A stretch of DNA of 64,000 bases. It comes from an uncultured delta proteobacterium. Its GTDB lineage: Bacteria; Desulfobacterota; Desulfobacteria; Desulfobacterales; SG8-13. Made by a program: the position numbers and the translations under genes. Shown piece after piece: positions 9,564 through 19,548 of the stretch (positions within the stretch are counted from its first letter, which is position 1; each line of letters starts with the position of its first letter). Location of the stretch: the NCBI GenBank assembly GCA_963848135.1, contig CAWKCK010000002.1, positions 186,001-250,000 on the forward strand, written 5' to 3'. The notes beneath the pieces are model-generated. The model saw only the letters and a list, made by a program, of their open reading frames with translations, made no database searches and was not told where the DNA came from.

Positions 9564-11731
9564 ACCGCAGAAACACATTCTTGTGGTTTGTTGTCGTCGG
9601 TGTCGGTTTCACCCTGCTGGTGGTTCTGAGCCTGGCGATCCTTTTCTGGCAGCAGCTTCCACTGGATGATCATTCTATAATCATCCGTATGGTCAGACAG
9701 AATGTCGGCTACATATTCAGTGCGGCCGTGCTTCTGTTGGCCGGCCTCGGATTTGCGTTAGACTGGCTGTTTCGCTTGTATATCCTTCCCGTCGACAAAA
9801 TTGCTTCAGAAACCCGTCTGATGCATGCCGTCAATCCTGGCCACCGAATCACCATCGAGGGCAGCCGCGACATTATGCGATTGGTCGACATCATCAATGA
9901 AGGCGCCGACCACCACGAAGAACTACTGAATCGGGTCCAGCAAAAAATCGATCACGCCCGTGCGGAAGCGGAAGAAGAGAAAAATATCCTGGCCGCCATT
10001 ATGGCGGAACTTCCCGAGGGAATTCTCATCTGCAACACGGAAGGGCAAATATTGCTGTACAACAACCGCGTCGTACAGCAGTTGAGCGGTAACGCCGCCG
10101 AAGATGGGGATGCAGGTACTGACGATGGTGCATCGGGACGTTTCATTGGCTTGGGACGCTCCGTATTCGGTTTGATCGATAAAAATCTCATCGTTCACGC
10201 CCTGAACGAAATCGCTGAAAAATTGAAGCGTCAGGAACCGGATGTGGTGGCCTATTTTGTGGTTGTCGGGACGGGACACTGTCTGCTTCGCGTCGAAGCC
10301 GTTCCGATATTGAATCACCTACGAGAATTTACCGGTTTCATTCTCATTTTTTTCGATATCACCCAGCAGCTTGATGCTGAAAAATCGCTAGAATCGATGC
10401 TACGGTCCCTCTCCCGCAAAACCCGATCGTCACTGGCCAGCATTCGGGCCGCTATTGAAGCGATAATCGATTATCCGGGTATGACAAGTCAGCAAATGGA
10501 GCGATTCAAATTAATCATCCACCAGGAATCGATTACAATCGGCGATTTAATCACGGATACCACTTCATATTACTCCGGACAACTGCATACCCGTTATCCG
10601 TTGGTCCGTATACCGGCGGGAGAGGTGATGGCATCGGTGGCCAGCAAGGCCAAAGAAAAATTCGGTCTCGACGTGCAGATCGAATTGCGAGAGGATGATG
10701 TCTGGATTCAAGTCGACACATACTCCATTGTTTCGGCCTTTCTGTTTGTGCAAGAACGCCTGAAATTGGTGACCGGTTGCAATAAGTTCGTTTGTCGGAT
10801 CTCTAAAGAGGGCCGGCTTGTTTATGTCGATTTCATATGGCAAGGCAAAGCGGTAAATATGGAAACGCTTCGGCAATGGCAAAATCAGACCGTGGCTGTT
10901 GACGACGATATCCTCCCTTTGACTCTCGAGGAGGTTATAGGACGTCACAGAGCTGAAATCTGGTCCCATTCACTGGGAACGAATGGTCAATCCTATTTGC
11001 GGATACTGCTACCAGCGATGGAAAGCGTGGAAGTTGAAAACGTCCACAAGCTGACCATACTTTCAAAGAGTCGGCCGGAATTCTATGACTTTGATTTATT
11101 CAATCAGCCCGATCAGGAATCCGATCTTGACAAGCGAAAATTGACCGAACTCACCTACACGGTATTCGACACCGAGACCACCGGTTTGGACCCCAAAGGC
11201 GGGGATGAAATCATATCGATCGGCGCTGTCCGCATCGTCAACGGGCGACTGCTACCTTCAGAATATTTCGATCGACTTATCGATCCGGAACGTGAAATCC
11301 CATGGCAGTCAGTTCAGGTGCACGGAATTGAACCGAAGATGCTCATCGGTCAACCGACCATCGAAAGAGTGTTGCCACTGTTCCATCAATTCGCCGGAGA
11401 GACGATTCTGATCGCACACAACGCGGCTTTTGACATGCGGATGCTGCAGCTGAAGGAAACCGTCAGCGGCGTGACGTTTATTAATCCCGTGTTGGACACC
11501 ATGCTACTCTCAGCCGTCGTTCACCCTGGACACAAAACCCACGACCTGGAGCAGATTGCCGAAAGGGTGGGGGTCAGTATCGTTGGTCGTCATACAGCCC
11601 TGGGAGACGCCATTGCCACGGGTGAGGTATTTTTAAAACTGGTCTCTTTATTACAAAGCCAGGGCATCATAACCTTGAAACAGGCCCGTGACGCCTCCCG
11701 CAAAACATATTATTCCCGTCTGAAATACTAA
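9560..11731 (+). CDS. membrane-anchored PAS / degenerate kinase / DEDDh 3'-5' exonuclease (DnaQ-like) fusion
   Basis: 2 N-terminal TM helices, PAS-like ELPEGILICNTEGQILLYN, C-terminal exonuclease motifs VFDTETTG, AHNAAFD, HTALGDA; ATGA overlap with the receiver gene. Confidence 0.85.
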   Translation: MNRRNTFLWFVVVGVGFTLLVVLSLAILFWQQLPLDDHSIIIRMVRQNVGYIFSAAVLLLAGLGFALDWLFRLYILPVDKIASETRLMHAVNPGHRITIEGSRDIMRLVDIINEGADHHEELLNRVQQKIDHARAEAEEEKNILAAIMAELPEGILICNTEGQILLYNNRVVQQLSGNAAEDGDAGTDDGASGRFIGLGRSVFGLIDKNLIVHALNEIAEKLKRQEPDVVAYFVVVGTGHCLLRVEAVPILNHLREFTGFILIFFDITQQLDAEKSLESMLRSLSRKTRSSLASIRAAIEAIIDYPGMTSQQMERFKLIIHQESITIGDLITDTTSYYSGQLHTRYPLVRIPAGEVMASVASKAKEKFGLDVQIELREDDVWIQVDTYSIVSAFLFVQERLKLVTGCNKFVCRISKEGRLVYVDFIWQGKAVNMETLRQWQNQTVAVDDDILPLTLEEVIGRHRAEIWSHSLGTNGQSYLRILLPAMESVEVENVHKLTILSKSRPEFYDFDLFNQPDQESDLDKRKLTELTYTVFDTETTGLDPKGGDEIISIGAVRIVNGRLLPSEYFDRLIDPEREIPWQSVQVHGIEPKMLIGQPTIERVLPLFHQFAGETILIAHNAAFDMRMLQLKETVSGVTFINPVLDTMLLSAVVHPGHKTHDLEQIAERVGVSIVGRHTALGDAIATGEVFLKLVSLLQSQGIITLKQARDASRKTYYSRLKY

Positions 11732-11777
11732 CACCCAAATTGAGCGATTTCCAAGTTTGCCGCTTGGGTAACAATTA

Positions 11778-14555
11778 TCATGCGCTTCCGTTGATTTGTC
11801 TGGTTTCCCGCTCAGCCGGCTCGCTGTATTTTCCCATCTCTCCGGGCTTTTCCAAGGGCAAAGTGAAGAAAAAGATCGATCCTTCTCCCCGATCGCTTTC
11901 CACCCAGATACGTCCCCCATGGAAATTGATGATCCGCTTGGTGATGGATAGACCCAGACCGCTCCCCGGAGGGCGCCCCTTCAGATTGTGTTTGACCTGA
12001 CGGAATTCCTGGAAAATGATTTCCCGATCTTCCCTACTGACACCGATTCCATTGTCCTTTACCGAAACCAGGAGCTGGTCCGGTGCGACGGTCAGACCGA
12101 TAGCGATGTGTCCGGCCTCATCGTCACAGAATTTAACGGCATTGGATATGAGATTGACCATGACCTGGATCAATCGGTCTCTGTCGCCGGCAACCGGCGG
12201 CACATGAGCCGGTATGTTTTGTTCGATTCGTATCTGTTTTGCGCTTACCAGTTGACTTGCGGAGGATAAGGCATCCTGAATCACTCCCTTGAAATCTACC
12301 GCTGATATCTGCCAATCCATTCGCCCTGTCTCGATTTTCTGAAAATCGAGAACTTGGTTGATCAGGCGGGTAAGGCGTTCGCTTTCCTTGACGATTATTG
12401 TGGTGAATTTCTGGTGTTGCCGGCGATCGACATTCGGGTTGGCATTCAGTATTTCAGCGATAGAGCGCACCGATGTCAACGGCGTGCGTAATTCATGGGT
12501 GACTGTCGATATGAACTCATCTTTGAGCCGGTCCAACTCTTTCAACCGCTCGTTGGCTGCCCGGAGTTCGGCTGTGGCCTTTTCCAGCTCGCGACTGTAT
12601 GCGATGACCTGACGGGTTTCATCAAGAATATTCATAACCTCATCGATACTCAAAGGTTCCTCTTTGACCGTTTTGGAAACCACCACTCGTGCCGAAGCGG
12701 ATCCAATGGTACCGGCCAGAAGTTTCTCCACGTAGTTGACCAGACCGGCGTCGGCCTGGCGGTCATCTTCCCAACCTGTTGCGTATTGGTGTGAGTAGGT
12801 AGCCAATTCTTCCTCGGTGCGTTCTTGACCTAAAAACCGAACCACCAACGATCTCAAATCACCGACCGATGCCGTTCCCCGCCAGAAACTCGAACCTTCC
12901 GTTTCTCCGGCATAATGGTATACATCCACGAAAAGAGTTGCTTGTGTATGCTCAATGGCGCTGGGACGGCTGTAGAGTGAGACCCCTATGTAAATCAGAG
13001 TATTTAAAAGCAAGCTCCAGAACACTGCGTGAGCGACGTGATCGAAATCCTGCAGACCGAATAATGCAAAAGGGTTTAACCAGGCAATGTTGAAGGGACC
13101 TTGGGCGACAAAATCGGGGGCAATAAAACCCGCCTGGACCAGGGAAGGAAGCACCAAAGTATACATCCAAACAAAGAACCCTGCAATCAATCCGCTGATA
13201 GCGCCGGATTTTGTCGCGCCTTTCCAGAAGATACCTCCGAGAATGGCAGGTGCAAATTGGGCGACGGCTGCGAACGAGACCAACCCAATCGATACCAGCG
13301 TGTAGTATTCGCCGATGAAATGAAAATAGGCGTAACCGAACATCAACACCAAGATGATGCTTCCACGCCGGATACCCAGCAGGATGCCGGCAAGATCGTC
13401 GCGCTCGGCCAGTTGAAGCGATGGCAACCGCAACAGAACAGGCATCGCCAGATCATTGCAGATCATTGTGGACAGGGCAATAGTCGCGACAATGACCATT
13501 CCGGTCGCCGCCGATATGCCACCGATGAATACCAGCAGTGTCAGACTCTCTTGGTGTCTTGCCATGGGAAGGGTCAAAACAAAGGTATCGGCATCGAAAC
13601 TGCCGGCACCGAATTGAAGCACGCCGCCAAAGGCAATCGGTAGAACGAAAAAGTTGATGGATAGGAGGTATAGTGGAAAAAGCCAGACCGCTTTTTTCAA
13701 GTGATCTTCGTTAACGTTTTCAACAACCGTGACCTGGAACTGCCGCGGCAGGAACATGAAGGCCATCATCGACAGAAAAATATGAATACACCAACTGGCA
13801 TATGTTCCGTTTTGGATGTCAATGGTAAACAATCGCCGCAACTCCGGTATCGCACGGGCCTGGTCGAAAATATCGGCAAACCCGTTATAGATCCCATAGG
13901 TTACAAAGATACCGACCGCCAAAAAGGCAATTAGCTTAACCATCGATTCGAAAGCAATGGCGGCAACCAGCCCTTCGTGCCGTTCTGTGGCGACGAGGGA
14001 ACGGGTGCCGAACAATATGGTGAAGACGGCCAAAATCAGGGCAATGTAGAAAGCCGTGTCATAATAAAAAGGAATCTGGGTAAAGTGCCTTGGCACATTG
14101 ATGAGCGGATACCCTGTGACCACCAGGTAACTGGTCGAAATCGCTTTGAGTTGGAGCGAAATGTACGGGATGATGCCGAGAACGGCAATAATGGTCACGA
14201 CGCTTCCCAGGGTGGTGCTTTTACCATAGCGCGAAGCGATGAAGTCAGCGATGGAGGTAATACGGTGCACCTTGCTGATGCGGATAATCTTGCGCAGGAC
14301 CAACCAGCCCAGCGTGGCAACCAACGTCGGGCCGATGTAAGTCGGCAGAAATCCCAGTCCGGAAGTTGCTGCCAGACCGACACTACCGTAAAATGTCCAG
14401 GCCGTGCAATAGACAGCCAAAGAGAGGGCGTAGATATACGGATTGCTGACAAGACTCAGGCCGATTTTGGCATGTCGGTCCCCGATGTAGGCAATGGCAA
14501 ACAACAAGCCAATGTAGCCAAAGGAAAAAAACAGAATAGTTTCTGTGCTTAACAT
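11778..14555 (-). CDS. SLC5/SSF-domain sensor histidine kinase (CrbS/PrlS-like)
   Basis: YCTAWTFYGSVG SSF domain, STAC-like LAGTIGSASARVV, HisKA THELRTPL, HATPase NLISNAVKF, DNGIG, GSGLGL; start MLSTE. Confidence 0.9.
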   Translation of the reverse strand: MLSTETILFFSFGYIGLLFAIAYIGDRHAKIGLSLVSNPYIYALSLAVYCTAWTFYGSVGLAATSGLGFLPTYIGPTLVATLGWLVLRKIIRISKVHRITSIADFIASRYGKSTTLGSVVTIIAVLGIIPYISLQLKAISTSYLVVTGYPLINVPRHFTQIPFYYDTAFYIALILAVFTILFGTRSLVATERHEGLVAAIAFESMVKLIAFLAVGIFVTYGIYNGFADIFDQARAIPELRRLFTIDIQNGTYASWCIHIFLSMMAFMFLPRQFQVTVVENVNEDHLKKAVWLFPLYLLSINFFVLPIAFGGVLQFGAGSFDADTFVLTLPMARHQESLTLLVFIGGISAATGMVIVATIALSTMICNDLAMPVLLRLPSLQLAERDDLAGILLGIRRGSIILVLMFGYAYFHFIGEYYTLVSIGLVSFAAVAQFAPAILGGIFWKGATKSGAISGLIAGFFVWMYTLVLPSLVQAGFIAPDFVAQGPFNIAWLNPFALFGLQDFDHVAHAVFWSLLLNTLIYIGVSLYSRPSAIEHTQATLFVDVYHYAGETEGSSFWRGTASVGDLRSLVVRFLGQERTEEELATYSHQYATGWEDDRQADAGLVNYVEKLLAGTIGSASARVVVSKTVKEEPLSIDEVMNILDETRQVIAYSRELEKATAELRAANERLKELDRLKDEFISTVTHELRTPLTSVRSIAEILNANPNVDRRQHQKFTTIIVKESERLTRLINQVLDFQKIETGRMDWQISAVDFKGVIQDALSSASQLVSAKQIRIEQNIPAHVPPVAGDRDRLIQVMVNLISNAVKFCDDEAGHIAIGLTVAPDQLLVSVKDNGIGVSREDREIIFQEFRQVKHNLKGRPPGSGLGLSITKRIINFHGGRIWVESDRGEGSIFFFTLPLEKPGEMGKYSEPAERETRQINGSA

Positions 14556-14562
14556 AACACTC

Positions 14563-14814
14563 TCAATGCCTGAATCTTTTCGGTTGGCGGCGCGGAGAAG
14601 AGGGAAGGGCGTCGCGATAACGCGTGACACGAGTAACAAACACGATCAGAAGTATTAACAGCAGCCAGACAGATAACAAGTAGAGATAAAGCAGCGGAAT
14701 CCCAAGCATGTATGTTTCCAGGTTAAAAATTGATAGGATCGGATAATTATACAAAACACATCCGAGCAAAAAGATACCGAACAAGCGGCGGCTGATGATA
14801 GAATCGAGCATCAT
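14563..14814 (-). CDS. small 2-TM partner protein of the SSF kinase (DUF3311-like)
   Basis: YNYPILSIFN...GIPLLYLYLLSVW; SD GGGGAG; directly upstream of the kinase. Confidence 0.75.
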   Translation of the reverse strand: MMLDSIISRRLFGIFLLGCVLYNYPILSIFNLETYMLGIPLLYLYLLSVWLLLILLIVFVTRVTRYRDALPSSPRRQPKRFRH

Positions 14815-15097
14815 GACGGTCTCCCCGGGCCAGGTCAAATGACATCGACGTCAGGATATGCTATGTTCGGTTTTCCGTAAGAGGTCAGCGGCCGGCATGT
14901 ATGGCAGGAGGGGGATCATAGCAATCTGTGTCGGGTGAACAGTTCAGTGCCGGTCGTACGAACAAAAATCCGAATCGCGTTAAGATCGATTTTCATATAT
15001 CAACAATGCGTATTCGGTGTCAACGGGTTGCAATACACCTTCCGGTTGAATACATTCAGGAAATAACCGGGTTGAGATGAGGAGGTCACGACCATCA

Positions 15098-16243
15098 ATG
15101 GCCCTGACAAAAATTTATATTGATCAAGCGGTTGTGAATACCAGCCCCGCTCGTGATATTTGCGAAAAGCTTGATCTACCCCGGGAAATCGTCGCAAACG
15201 CTCAGAAGGTATACGAAGTCGTCGCCGCAGCCAACGATCCGGTCAAAAAGGGGAAAGAAATCCTCTTTTTGACAAAGAACAAAGGGGCCTTCGTCAAAGT
15301 GTGCCCCGGAACACGCCATTACACCTGTTGTAATTACGGCATCCTGCATATCGGAACATACTGTGATATGGATTGCGCTTACTGTATCATGCAAACGTAT
15401 TTTCACCCGCCGATTTTGCAGTATTTTGTCAATCACGAAGATCTTTCAAATGAACTCGGGAATCTTTTTGCCCGCCCTAACATCAGCCGGATCGGTACCG
15501 GTGAATACACTGACAGCCTGATCTGGGAGAAATGGACCCATCTGTCATCATTGCTGGTCAACCGGTTTGCGGAGCAGGACAAGGCAGTGCTGGAGATTAA
15601 ATCGAAGACCACTGCTGTGGAGGCCTTAGAGGGGCTTAGTCACCAGCGTAAAACCATCGTTTCCTGGTCCCTTAACACGCCCCCGATTATTGCAATGGAA
15701 GAGCGGTCAACGGCCACTCTTTCCGCACGCTTGCGTGCCGCCGCCCAGTGTGAATCCTGGGGCTATCCGCTGGCTTTTCATTTCGATCCGATGTTCATCT
15801 ATCCGGGATGTGAGGATGATTATCATGGCGTCGTAAAACGGCTTTTTTCACAGGTGTCTCCGGAAAATGTCGTCTGGATCAGTCTCGGAACCTTTCGGTT
15901 TCCTCCGTCGCTCAAAACAATTATCCAAAAACGTTTTCCACAATCCAAGATCGTCTATGGCGAATTTATCCCCGGCATAGATGGCAAGATGCGCTATTTC
16001 AAACCCTTAAGGATATCGCTCTATCGCAAGATAGCCGCGTGGATCAGAGAATATGCGCCGCAAACAACGCTCTACTTCTGTATGGAAGACGATGATGTTT
16101 GGCGGAAATCACTGGGTTACTTCCCGGCTGAAAAGGGTGGACTCCATCGGTTGTTGGATGAAACGGCCGTCCACCATTGCGGGCTCGATCCAGAGGCCCT
16201 CGAGAGCACTGAAGGGGATGAGGATTCGCCTGAAAAATTATGA
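15098..16243 (+). CDS. spore photoproduct lyase (SplB)-like radical SAM protein
   Basis: CxxxCxxC (CDMDCAYC), SWSLN, FHFDPM, YFCME; SD AGGAGG. Confidence 0.85.
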   Translation: MALTKIYIDQAVVNTSPARDICEKLDLPREIVANAQKVYEVVAAANDPVKKGKEILFLTKNKGAFVKVCPGTRHYTCCNYGILHIGTYCDMDCAYCIMQTYFHPPILQYFVNHEDLSNELGNLFARPNISRIGTGEYTDSLIWEKWTHLSSLLVNRFAEQDKAVLEIKSKTTAVEALEGLSHQRKTIVSWSLNTPPIIAMEERSTATLSARLRAAAQCESWGYPLAFHFDPMFIYPGCEDDYHGVVKRLFSQVSPENVVWISLGTFRFPPSLKTIIQKRFPQSKIVYGEFIPGIDGKMRYFKPLRISLYRKIAAWIREYAPQTTLYFCMEDDDVWRKSLGYFPAEKGGLHRLLDETAVHHCGLDPEALESTEGDEDSPEKL

Positions 16244-16944
16244 CATTATGCCAACACGTGATTACTGAGAATATACTCCGACGGGTCGACTTGCTCAACC
16301 GTGTACGCAGCAGAATTTTATCGATTGGACTGATTTCAATCCTTTTAATTTGTCAATTGAGTCCTTCGGTGTTTTCTGCCGATTGGGTGACAGTGAAATG
16401 GATTGATGATGGCGATACCATTTTGCTCGCCGATGGTCGTCGGGTCCGTTACATCGGTATCAACGCGCCGGAGGTGGCCCATCCCCAAAAAGGAGAGGTC
16501 GACGAACCGTTTGGTGTGGCGGCCGCGAAACAGAACAAATGTCTCGTGTATGGTCATCGGGTACGCCTTGATTTCGACCGTGAAAAAAAAGACCGATATG
16601 GCCGTTTACTCGCGTACGTTTACCTTGAAGACGGGACCTTTGTGAACCTCAAGATGGTCGAAAGCGGATTTGCTTATGTCCTTTTTTTGAAACCGAACAC
16701 CCGCTTCGACCGAGTCTTAATAAAGACTCAGCGTCAGGCAATGACATCGGGTATTGGGATTTGGCGCGATTGGAAGGCAGGCGACAACGATGAAGGTATC
16801 GTAGGCAACAAACGATCGCGACGATTTCACCGCGCGAATTGCCCGAACGCCGGTTCGATTCACCCTAAAAATCGGATCGCGTTGTCGAGCCGCTGGGAGG
16901 CCTTTTGGCTTGGTTATGCACCGGCAAAGCAGTGCGCACCTTAA
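16240..16944 (+). CDS. thermonuclease (SNase) family protein with C-terminal Ada-like metal-binding domain
   Basis: DGDT, RYIGINAPE, DRYGRLLAYV; C-terminal GNKRSRRFHRANC...GYAPAKQC; N-terminal hydrophobic segment; start uncertain. Confidence 0.88.
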   Translation: MTLCQHVITENILRRVDLLNRVRSRILSIGLISILLICQLSPSVFSADWVTVKWIDDGDTILLADGRRVRYIGINAPEVAHPQKGEVDEPFGVAAAKQNKCLVYGHRVRLDFDREKKDRYGRLLAYVYLEDGTFVNLKMVESGFAYVLFLKPNTRFDRVLIKTQRQAMTSGIGIWRDWKAGDNDEGIVGNKRSRRFHRANCPNAGSIHPKNRIALSSRWEAFWLGYAPAKQCAP

Positions 16945-17071
16945 ATCAGCAGGGTTTATACTGCGATTCAAAAACAGATTTTGAAATACGGATAACGGCA
17001 CGTCTTTTTGACAACCACAAAAAATCGAAAAAATGTCACGAATTGACATCTTTTACTTACCCGAGTATCGC

Positions 17072-17118
17072 CAGACGCAAAAAGGGATTCGATAATTTCG
17101 AATCCCTTTTTGCGTCTG
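17072..17118. terminator. perfect 21-bp hairpin between convergent genes
   Basis: CAGACGCAAAAAGGGATTCGA-taatt-TCGAATCCCTTTTTGCGTCTG. Confidence 0.7.
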
Positions 17119-17210
17119 ATTAGCGGTTACTGATGCGGGGCTGTCTGCAAATAAATAGAAGTGCCGGGTTTATAATATCCCAATCAAAATAAGCCCGGCA
17201 CAGCAGATGA

Positions 17211-19283
17211 TTATTCTTGCGCCTTTTCGGCTTCAGCAATAACTTTCTCTGCCACCTGCGCCGGCACCTCATCGTAGTGCGAAAATTCCATGGTGAATAT
17301 GCCCCGTCCACCCGTCATCGAGCGCAAATCCGGTGCATAGGTCAGAAATTCCGACATGGGTACATGCGCCTTGACCACCTGATTACGACCGGCACTGTCC
17401 ATTCCGAGCACCCGTCCACGACGGCTGTTGAGGTTCCCCATAATGTCTCCCATGAACTCGTCCGGCGCTGTGATGGTGACTTCCATGATCGGTTCGAGCA
17501 GTACCGGGTTGGCCTGCTCGGTTGCCTTTTTGAATGCAATTGAACCCGCAATCTTAAAAGCCATTTCCGAAGAATCTACGGCATGGTAGGACCCGTCGTC
17601 CAAGGTGATTCTAAAGTCGATACAGGGAAATCCGGCCAATACGCCCTTTTGGCATGATTCGACAATCCCTTTTTCCACGGCAGGTATATATTGCCGGGGT
17701 ATGGAGCCGCCCACGATGGCATCCACGAATTCAAACCCACTGCCACGGGGAAGCGGTTCGATCTGGATCCAACAATCCCCGAACTGGCCATGTCCACCGG
17801 TCTGTTTCTTGTGTCGCCCCTGGACCCTGACTTTCTTCTTGAGCGTTTCTCGGTAGGGGACTTTCGGAATATTGAGAACGGCTTCGACGTTGTATTTTCT
17901 TTTCAGTTTCTCGACGGCAATTTCGATGTGGATCTGGCCCATACCGGACAACAGAATTTCCTTGGTTTCAGCGTTACGATCCAGTTTGAGCCCCATGTCT
18001 TCTTCCATCAGCTTGGTGAGGCCGCCGTATATCTTATCTTCCTCGCCTTTTGACTTTGCGGTCAAGGCATAGGAAATCAATGTCGGCATCGGCTCAATGC
18101 AGGCAAACCTGACTTTGCGGTTTTCAGCGCAGAGCGTGTCACCGGTGGTCGTTTCTTTGAGTTTGGCGACCGCAACGATCGATCCGGGAACAGCCTCTTT
18201 GGCCGGTTTTTGTTCTTTACCCGTAATGGTCATTAGTTGATTGAAACGTTCCCGGGTGCTTTTGTTCGTGTTATAGAAAGTCCCATCTTCACCCAAAGAT
18301 CCTGAAACCACACGGAATATGGTCAGACGACCCGCATAGGGGTCGGCAACGGTTTTAACAACAAAACCAGAAAAAGGTTCCGAGGCGTCAGGGGCGCAGC
18401 TGACCGCGTTTTCACCCGATTCATCGGTGGCCTTGAAGGCACCGCGATCAGCAGGGGAGGGGACGCTGTCAGCTATAAAATCGAGCAGCAGATCGAGGCC
18501 GATGTTCGATGTTGCCGAACCGCAGAGTACCGGTGCGAACATCCGCGAGAGGAGACCCTTTTTGAGGGCTGCCTTTATGTCGTCATCGGTAAGTTCTTCG
18601 CCCTCGAGATAGCGTTCAATGAGCGTATCGTCGGATTCGGCCACATTTTCGATGAAGGCTTCTCTTTCAGCCGCCACCATGTCTTTCATGTCGGGCGGGA
18701 TATCAATTTCGGAAGCTTTTCCGTCGGCATTGTAGGAGAACGCTTTCATCCGGGCCAGGTCGACCACGCCGGTGAACTCGGTTTCTTTGCCGATGGGTAA
18801 CTGTACGATAATCGGTTTGGGATCAAGTATTTCGTGCGCTTCTTTCAAAGTGCGGGTGAAGTCGGCGCGCTCGCGGTCGAGTTTGTTGATGAAAACGACA
18901 CAGGGTAGGTTGAGTTCTTTGGCGTATTCCCAGCCCTGTTCGGTTTGCACTTTGATACCATCGACGCTATCGATCACGAAAAGGGCACAATCAGCGGCCT
19001 GCATGCAGAAAATGGTATCGTTGAAGAAATTCTGATCACCAGGCGTGTCAATGATATTGACCGTATGCTTCTTCCATTTGAATTGGTGGAAGGCGCCGCT
19101 AATGCTCGATTGGCGTTTCAGTTCTTCCGGTTCGAAGTCCATGGCCGTATTACCGTCTTCAACTCTTCCAATGCGGTTGGTAACGCCGGCTTTGTAAAGC
19201 ATCACCTCCGCCAGGGAGGTTTTACCTGCGCCACCATGGCCGACCAGGGCGATATTTCTTAATTTCTCCACAGTTTCACTCAT
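17211..19283 (-). CDS. fusA: elongation factor G paralog (EF-G2 type)
   Basis: GHGGAGKT, DTPG, NKLD, KKQTGGHGQF, DGSYHAVDSSEMAF; not in an str operon. Confidence 0.92.
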   Translation of the reverse strand: MSETVEKLRNIALVGHGGAGKTSLAEVMLYKAGVTNRIGRVEDGNTAMDFEPEELKRQSSISGAFHQFKWKKHTVNIIDTPGDQNFFNDTIFCMQAADCALFVIDSVDGIKVQTEQGWEYAKELNLPCVVFINKLDRERADFTRTLKEAHEILDPKPIIVQLPIGKETEFTGVVDLARMKAFSYNADGKASEIDIPPDMKDMVAAEREAFIENVAESDDTLIERYLEGEELTDDDIKAALKKGLLSRMFAPVLCGSATSNIGLDLLLDFIADSVPSPADRGAFKATDESGENAVSCAPDASEPFSGFVVKTVADPYAGRLTIFRVVSGSLGEDGTFYNTNKSTRERFNQLMTITGKEQKPAKEAVPGSIVAVAKLKETTTGDTLCAENRKVRFACIEPMPTLISYALTAKSKGEEDKIYGGLTKLMEEDMGLKLDRNAETKEILLSGMGQIHIEIAVEKLKRKYNVEAVLNIPKVPYRETLKKKVRVQGRHKKQTGGHGQFGDCWIQIEPLPRGSGFEFVDAIVGGSIPRQYIPAVEKGIVESCQKGVLAGFPCIDFRITLDDGSYHAVDSSEMAFKIAGSIAFKKATEQANPVLLEPIMEVTITAPDEFMGDIMGNLNSRRGRVLGMDSAGRNQVVKAHVPMSEFLTYAPDLRSMTGGRGIFTMEFSHYDEVPAQVAEKVIAEAEKAQE

Positions 19284-19548
19284 CTACGCTCCCCTCTCGT
19301 TGGCTGATCTCGTTCTATTTAGAAGCTGCAAATCTGATCTGTCTACATTCTTCAACTGTAAAAATCAAGCGCAACTTGCGCCAAACGCGATAGGTCTGAA
19401 GATTTCATTCCCGGATCTGGTGGCGTTTTTGATGCCCCGCTTCGTTCTATTCGAGGCATACGGAAAGGGACCAGGCCTTATTTCGAAGTACATCCGGGAC
19501 CATAAAAATCCGCCTTGAGCAAACTGTTCGGGGTAATTCGGCCTCCAA

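Noticed and set aside
9560..11731. Calling the exonuclease fusion dnaQ (Pol III epsilon)
   Set aside because: The membrane anchor, PAS domain and metabolic context argue against a replicative proofreading subunit.
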